Positions 59,346 through 64,000 of a DNA stretch of 64,000 bases are shown here, piece by piece. The DNA is from Macrostomum lignano (Eukaryota). The translations under genes and the position numbers were made by a program. The notes under the pieces are model-generated. The model had not been told where the DNA came from, did not search any database, and saw only the letters and a list, made by a program, of their open reading frames with translations. The stretch spans positions 620,001 to 684,000 of the forward strand of contig NIVC01000150.1 in the NCBI GenBank assembly GCA_002269645.1, written 5' to 3'. The first letter of the stretch is position 1; each line of letters begins with the position of its first letter.

Positions 59346-60702
59346 CCATAGTCAGGAAGGTGGCAGAGTGTGCGCCGGAACAAATTTTGGCCTCTCCCAA
59401 AATTGTGCGCCGTGCGCCGACACAAAAACCCTCGTGTGCGCCGTTGTGCGCCCGCCACTACCTGCCTTGCGACAATAAAAGACCTTTTTTTACAACATAG
59501 CAACAATTTTTGTGCGCCAATATTTTCAATAAACGTTACACGAGAGTCGAGTCATGAGACAAGAGAATATAATGGTTAATACGGGACGGTTACGGGCTAT
59601 CTATATTATGAGAAATTGAGATCATTAAACCGAAAAAAGAAATTTAAAAAATTTTTAATTTAATTTCTAATTTTTAAAACAAAACAAACATAAAAAGTAA
59701 GCAAATGGCAAAAACAAAGGTAAAAAGGAAAAGGAAAATATTTTATTTTATTTTTTATTTTTTGGTAGAATGCAGTGTTACATTAGATAGAACAGTGAAT
59801 AGTGTACTGTAACAAGTAACGACTTACATCGTTACATGGGATCGCCACAAGGGTAACGCTGCATGTGGCGCGGCGCCCGCCGCGCCGCGCCGCCCGCCGC
59901 GCCGCGCTGCCATGCGCCGGTGTCCTCTGGTGTGCCATAGTCAGGAAGGTGTCCAGTGTACGCCGGAATGAAAATTAAGAAAAAATGTTGTGTACGCCAA
60001 AATTGAAAAGCCCTAAAAAAGCGCTTTTTGACGTACGCCAAAATTTGAATAGCCCAAAAAAGCGTACGCCAAAATTTGCAACTTAAATCTTAACTTACCT
60101 GTATGTCATCTGTTGTAACGTGAAGAAATCTAAAATACTAAAGTAATTATTGTACAGAATTAGTTAATAAGTTAAAATAAATAACTGACTTACACAAAAC
60201 TTTAGTAAAGTTTTGTTAACAATAAATCAGATTTAAAATTTACGTAATTTCAGCGTTTTAAAGATGAAAATAGATTTACCAATTCACTAAAATTGAACGA
60301 TATACAATACTTTGTCGAAGTAATTGGGTTGTTTGCAGGTTTTTTAAACGTTTGTTCGTACGCCAATCACATGCAAATATTGTAGGCCGATTTTTGGACA
60401 GATTTTTGCATGCGAAAACTGTGTTGTGTACGCCAAGAACTCTGTACGCCATTTTTCGGACCGCGTGTACGCGAAACTGTACGCCATTTTTTGGGGGGGG
60501 GCTGATGTACGCCGGAAAATTCCGGCGTACGGACACCTTCCTGACTATGGCTGGTGTGCGCCGTTGTGCGCCGCTGTGCGCCAGTGCGCCGCTGTGCGCT
60601 GTTGTGGCGCACCGCTGTGCGCCGCTGTGCGCCGTTGTGTGCCCAAAAAGGGCTTGTGTGCGCCGGAATTTTCCGACCAAACTGCCACCTTCCTGACTAT
60701 GG
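59346..60702. mobile_element. MITE (host of a nested element), 21-bp perfect TIR, 8-bp TSD
   Basis: TIR CCATAGTCAGGAAGGTGGCAG; TSD CTCAGGGC at 59338-59345 and 60703-60710. Confidence 0.92.
59935..60550. mobile_element. Nested MITE, 20-bp perfect TIR, 8-bp TSD
   Basis: TIR CCATAGTCAGGAAGGTGTCC; TSD CTGGTGTG at 59927-59934 and 60551-60558. Confidence 0.93.
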
Positions 60703-62184
60703 CTCAGGGCAGTTGGTGGAATGGACAGTAATGCCTCTAGCCAGTTGTGTGCCAATGCCGCCTAAAGTGCACTAGGGTACACACAATACCCCTGCCTGAC
60801 TGCCACTAAAAAAGTGCCACTAAAAAGCGCATGTCTGCAAATTTTCAAAATTTATTCTAATAGGTCCATTTGTTGAAGGCTGCTTTCTGCATCTTATGAC
60901 AGTCTAATATTACTATTTATATTAGATGATAGTTGAAGAATTATTTCAAACCAAAGATCCTTGAAGCTTTTTACATTAAATTACACAAGCCTAGTTTAAA
61001 TATGTAGTTTGTTAGAATAAATAACTCAAAGAGCTATTAATGAGTTGGCACCAAATGTGACTCTCTTTTCTTACTAGGCCTAGGTCTAGAAGTTTTGAAT
61101 TATATAGATAGCCTAGAATATTGCTAATTGGTTAAAAAATAACTTTAAAATGTAAAAAATCTGGCTAACATAGGCTTAATGTTTCTTAAATTAACAAACA
61201 AATAACATGCCATAAGCCTACTATGGCTACTAGACCCCTAATGAATAATTCAGAATGCAACTTACCAAGTTCAGTTTCTGTCTTTCTCTACATTCTTTTT
61301 ACATATAGATGAGCATTCTAGTACACATGAAATAATTTCAATCAGGTGAAAAAACAATATAATGGAAACCCTTAACTTAGCACTAACAAGGCTGGCCGAT
61401 TACCGAGAAATGTGGGAAGTTTCTTAGATTATACGCGGATATTACAGACCAGATTGCTTAAAAGCATTAAAACACAGATCCATGTACATTTTTAACATTG
61501 TATAATAAAAATTTAATAAATGGCTAGTTATTGCTATTTTAGTTTTTAAAGTTTATTTTGAATACAAAAACTATCTTTTATTGAAAAGTTTTTTGTTTTC
61601 GTTTAATTTAGTTTTTTACAGGAAAGCTCTAACTTATTTAACTTTAATTTCTTCACTCCATTAATTGAACGCTTTGTTTGGCATGGTTTCCAATTGATTC
61701 TTCTGCTTCCAATTCGTCCGGTATCTGTTATCTCATCTAATCTATTTTATAAAAACCTATGTGACACTTTTGCTAATTACAAAGTTAAAGTTGGCAAAGA
61801 CTGATATTTTACTTCAGTTCCAAATATGTGTATGGAGCATTCACTTCACTGTTCATTTTTTATACATTTTTATGAGTATTTATTTTTTAAAGTGAATAAA
61901 AGACATTCAAATTTCCATTTACACTCAAGAAATTCTTAAATGCATCTCAAAGTGAACTACATAAATTTGTTTTCTGTATCCATTACACAAATGAAAAATT
62001 AAATGCCAATTCTAGGCCCTAACATATATATGTATGTGCATAGAATATAATTTTAAGATGAAATCTGAATTAACAAAGCTAAGATGTTGAGGCTTACTAA
62101 AGTAATTACTAAGATGTCAAGGCTTATTGGAGGAATATTGCTAAGATGTTGAAGCATACTGAGAGAATTGCTAAGTGTCAAAGC

Positions 62185-62297
62185 GGCTATCCTATAGTTT
62201 CGCACGTTTAATTATAACCCCTACCCCCCTACCACCCTTGAATAGAGGGCGAAATAATTCCATAAAAAAATTTAACGTGCGAAACTACAGGATAGCC
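62185..62297. mobile_element. 113-bp MITE with GG-starting TIRs
   Basis: GGCTATCCTATAGTTTCGCACGTT / AACGTGCGAAACTACAGGATAGCC; flanks GTCAAAGC and ATCAAAGC (7/8); a lone right TIR also occurs near 16955-16978. Confidence 0.8.
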
Positions 62298-62949
62298 ATC
62301 AAAGCTTATTGGGGGAATTGTCAAAATATCTAGATTCTAGGCTGAGAGGTCAGAAGCTACATATAGTTTATCAAAAAGTATTATTCTAACAATTTTACTT
62401 GAATAAAGTGATTTATTAAACTGAAATAGATGTTTTTCGGAAAATAGGCTTTTATTTTACGGAGTTACTTATATAGGCACGGCGGCCGTGTTTTTATAAT
62501 ATTTGAGCTTAATGGGTATGGCAATAATCATCAATATAAAACGCGTGTTCTATAGGGCTTTCTTACAAGCAATTGGTGGCTCAGTGGATATTTCAATTGC
62601 CTTGTGATTTTAAGTAGCAGGGGTTCAAATCCCCAATGTTTGGAGATTTTTAACTTGAAATTTTTTAGCAAATAGAATTTTTTTTGCCTTGAATTTTTCC
62701 AGGTTTTTAAATAAACTAAAATAATAAATTAAAATAAATTAAATTAATTATTTTAATAAGAGTAACACTTAATCTTAAAGTGCAGCCTATATATATCAAA
62801 AGAATATTTCTTTTTCATATATAATTGTGGCTGCACTTTTTTAAGATTTCGTGTTACTCTTAAAAATTTAATTTAATTTAATTTTTAAAAACTTTCAAGT
62901 TAAAATACTCCCCGACAACTTTTCTCTTTTTTTCATCTGATTGATAATT

Positions 62950-63300
62950 GTATATATGGCAGCCATGCCTTTAAGCTCCAATATTAGAGACACGGCCACC
63001 CACCATGCCTCTAAGTATGAACCCAGTCAATATTAATGACATGGCCACCCACCGTGTCTTTAAGTGTAAACCCATTCTATATTAACATGGCTGCTGTGCA
63101 AGTTTTATTAACACAGCAACTATGTCTCTAATAGTGACTAGGTCCATACTTATAGACACGGCAGCCATGTCTATAATGCAAAAACTTAGAGACACAACGG
63201 CCATGTCTATAAGTACATGTATAGACCTAGTCACTATTAGAGACACAGCTGCCATGTCTATAAGTTTTTGCATTATAGACACGGTTGCCATGTCTCTAAA
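62950..63300. repeat. Array of ~21-25 bp hairpin units separated by short TAA...TTA spacers
   Basis: Units such as TAGACACGGCAGCCATGTCTA at 63153, 63189, 63240, 63276; spacers recur in inverted orientation. Confidence 0.8.
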
Positions 63301-64000
63301 TGTGGCATTTATTTTAAAGGATACTTCTAAATAGTTTTTATACTTTGCTTATTGGGCATCCCAAAAAGGGCACCAGATTGCTAGTTTAATGAATATAAAT
63401 AAGACTAGTATAAAAGGAAACATTATTTAATGACATGTTTTATGTTGCTTATCACTAGTTTAATTAGTATTTTGTTAAAAAAATTAATAAATTTACATTG
63501 GTATTAATGTATCTAAAATATTTATATTAATTGTTAAATATTTACTATGACAAAAGCAATTTAGAAGCCAACTACAAGGGGTATCCCAGAAATAGTGTCA
63601 CTTTTGCTTGCTTTAACAAGTATTAATGTGTGTTTAAAAAATCATATGCCTTAAAAGTTAGGGGCTTATTTTAGCTTTCATGCCACAAAAGTCCAATTTT
63701 TATAAGTGCTTCCTGCTGTAAGCAGCATGCATTTTTTTGCATACCCTTAGGCTCATTCCATATAAGATAGACATATTTGGAAAATAGAAAAAAGTCAATA
63801 TTTTTGCTTGCCATTGCCTAATTAGCCTATTTTTTTACCAAATGTTTATATTGTGCAATATATACAATCTAAGAATAAAGGAATGGTAAAATGTTGGATT
63901 AGTATGTTATCAATTGGCAAAAAGTCATTTTTGTAAAAATTTGGACATTTTTCAAAGCAAAAGACATCATTAAGATTTTGTACCTTTTAAAAACAAATAG

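Noticed and set aside
1-64000. Spliced-leader RNA, snRNA or rRNA genes
   Set aside because: No recognisable match seen by eye; a covariance-model search would be needed to exclude them.

Overview
Intron-containing eukaryotic (metazoan) genomic DNA. GC3-rich exons, minisatellite-filled introns, acceptor-like AG sites just upstream of start codons and the repeat landscape suggest a free-living flatworm such as Macrostomum (inference, not verified). Recognisable genes, with exons assembled by hand from GT-AG sites and checked for phase: last exon of a CERS1-like ceramide synthase (+); a co-oriented minus-strand run of CMPK1, an aldo-keto reductase, a frameshifted ZFAND1 and DCP1 (possible trans-spliced operon); URM1 (+); Pellino (-); ATXN2 (-). 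Orphans: a 22-30 kb island of low-complexity charged proteins (a signal-peptide precursor with 13 KR sites releasing Pro/Arg-rich peptides, a damaged paralog, a protamine-like protein, an acidic/basic bipolar protein), a 4-exon single-pass membrane protein, and an intronless 253-aa ORF. Mobile DNA: a dead RTE-type LINE plus two fragments, two copies of a tRNA-derived SINE, and several MITEs including a nested CCATAGTC-ended family with 8-bp TSDs. Most notable: the multi-peptide secreted precursor and its island; CpG-void, TpA-rich blocks where old repeats carry C-to-T changes beyond CpG (RIP-like); about 35 TTCTTAGAA (STAT GAS-type) sites around the last Pellino exon; and a palindrome/spacer array with interleaved inverted repeats at 63 kb. 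All counts are by eye; no searches were run.
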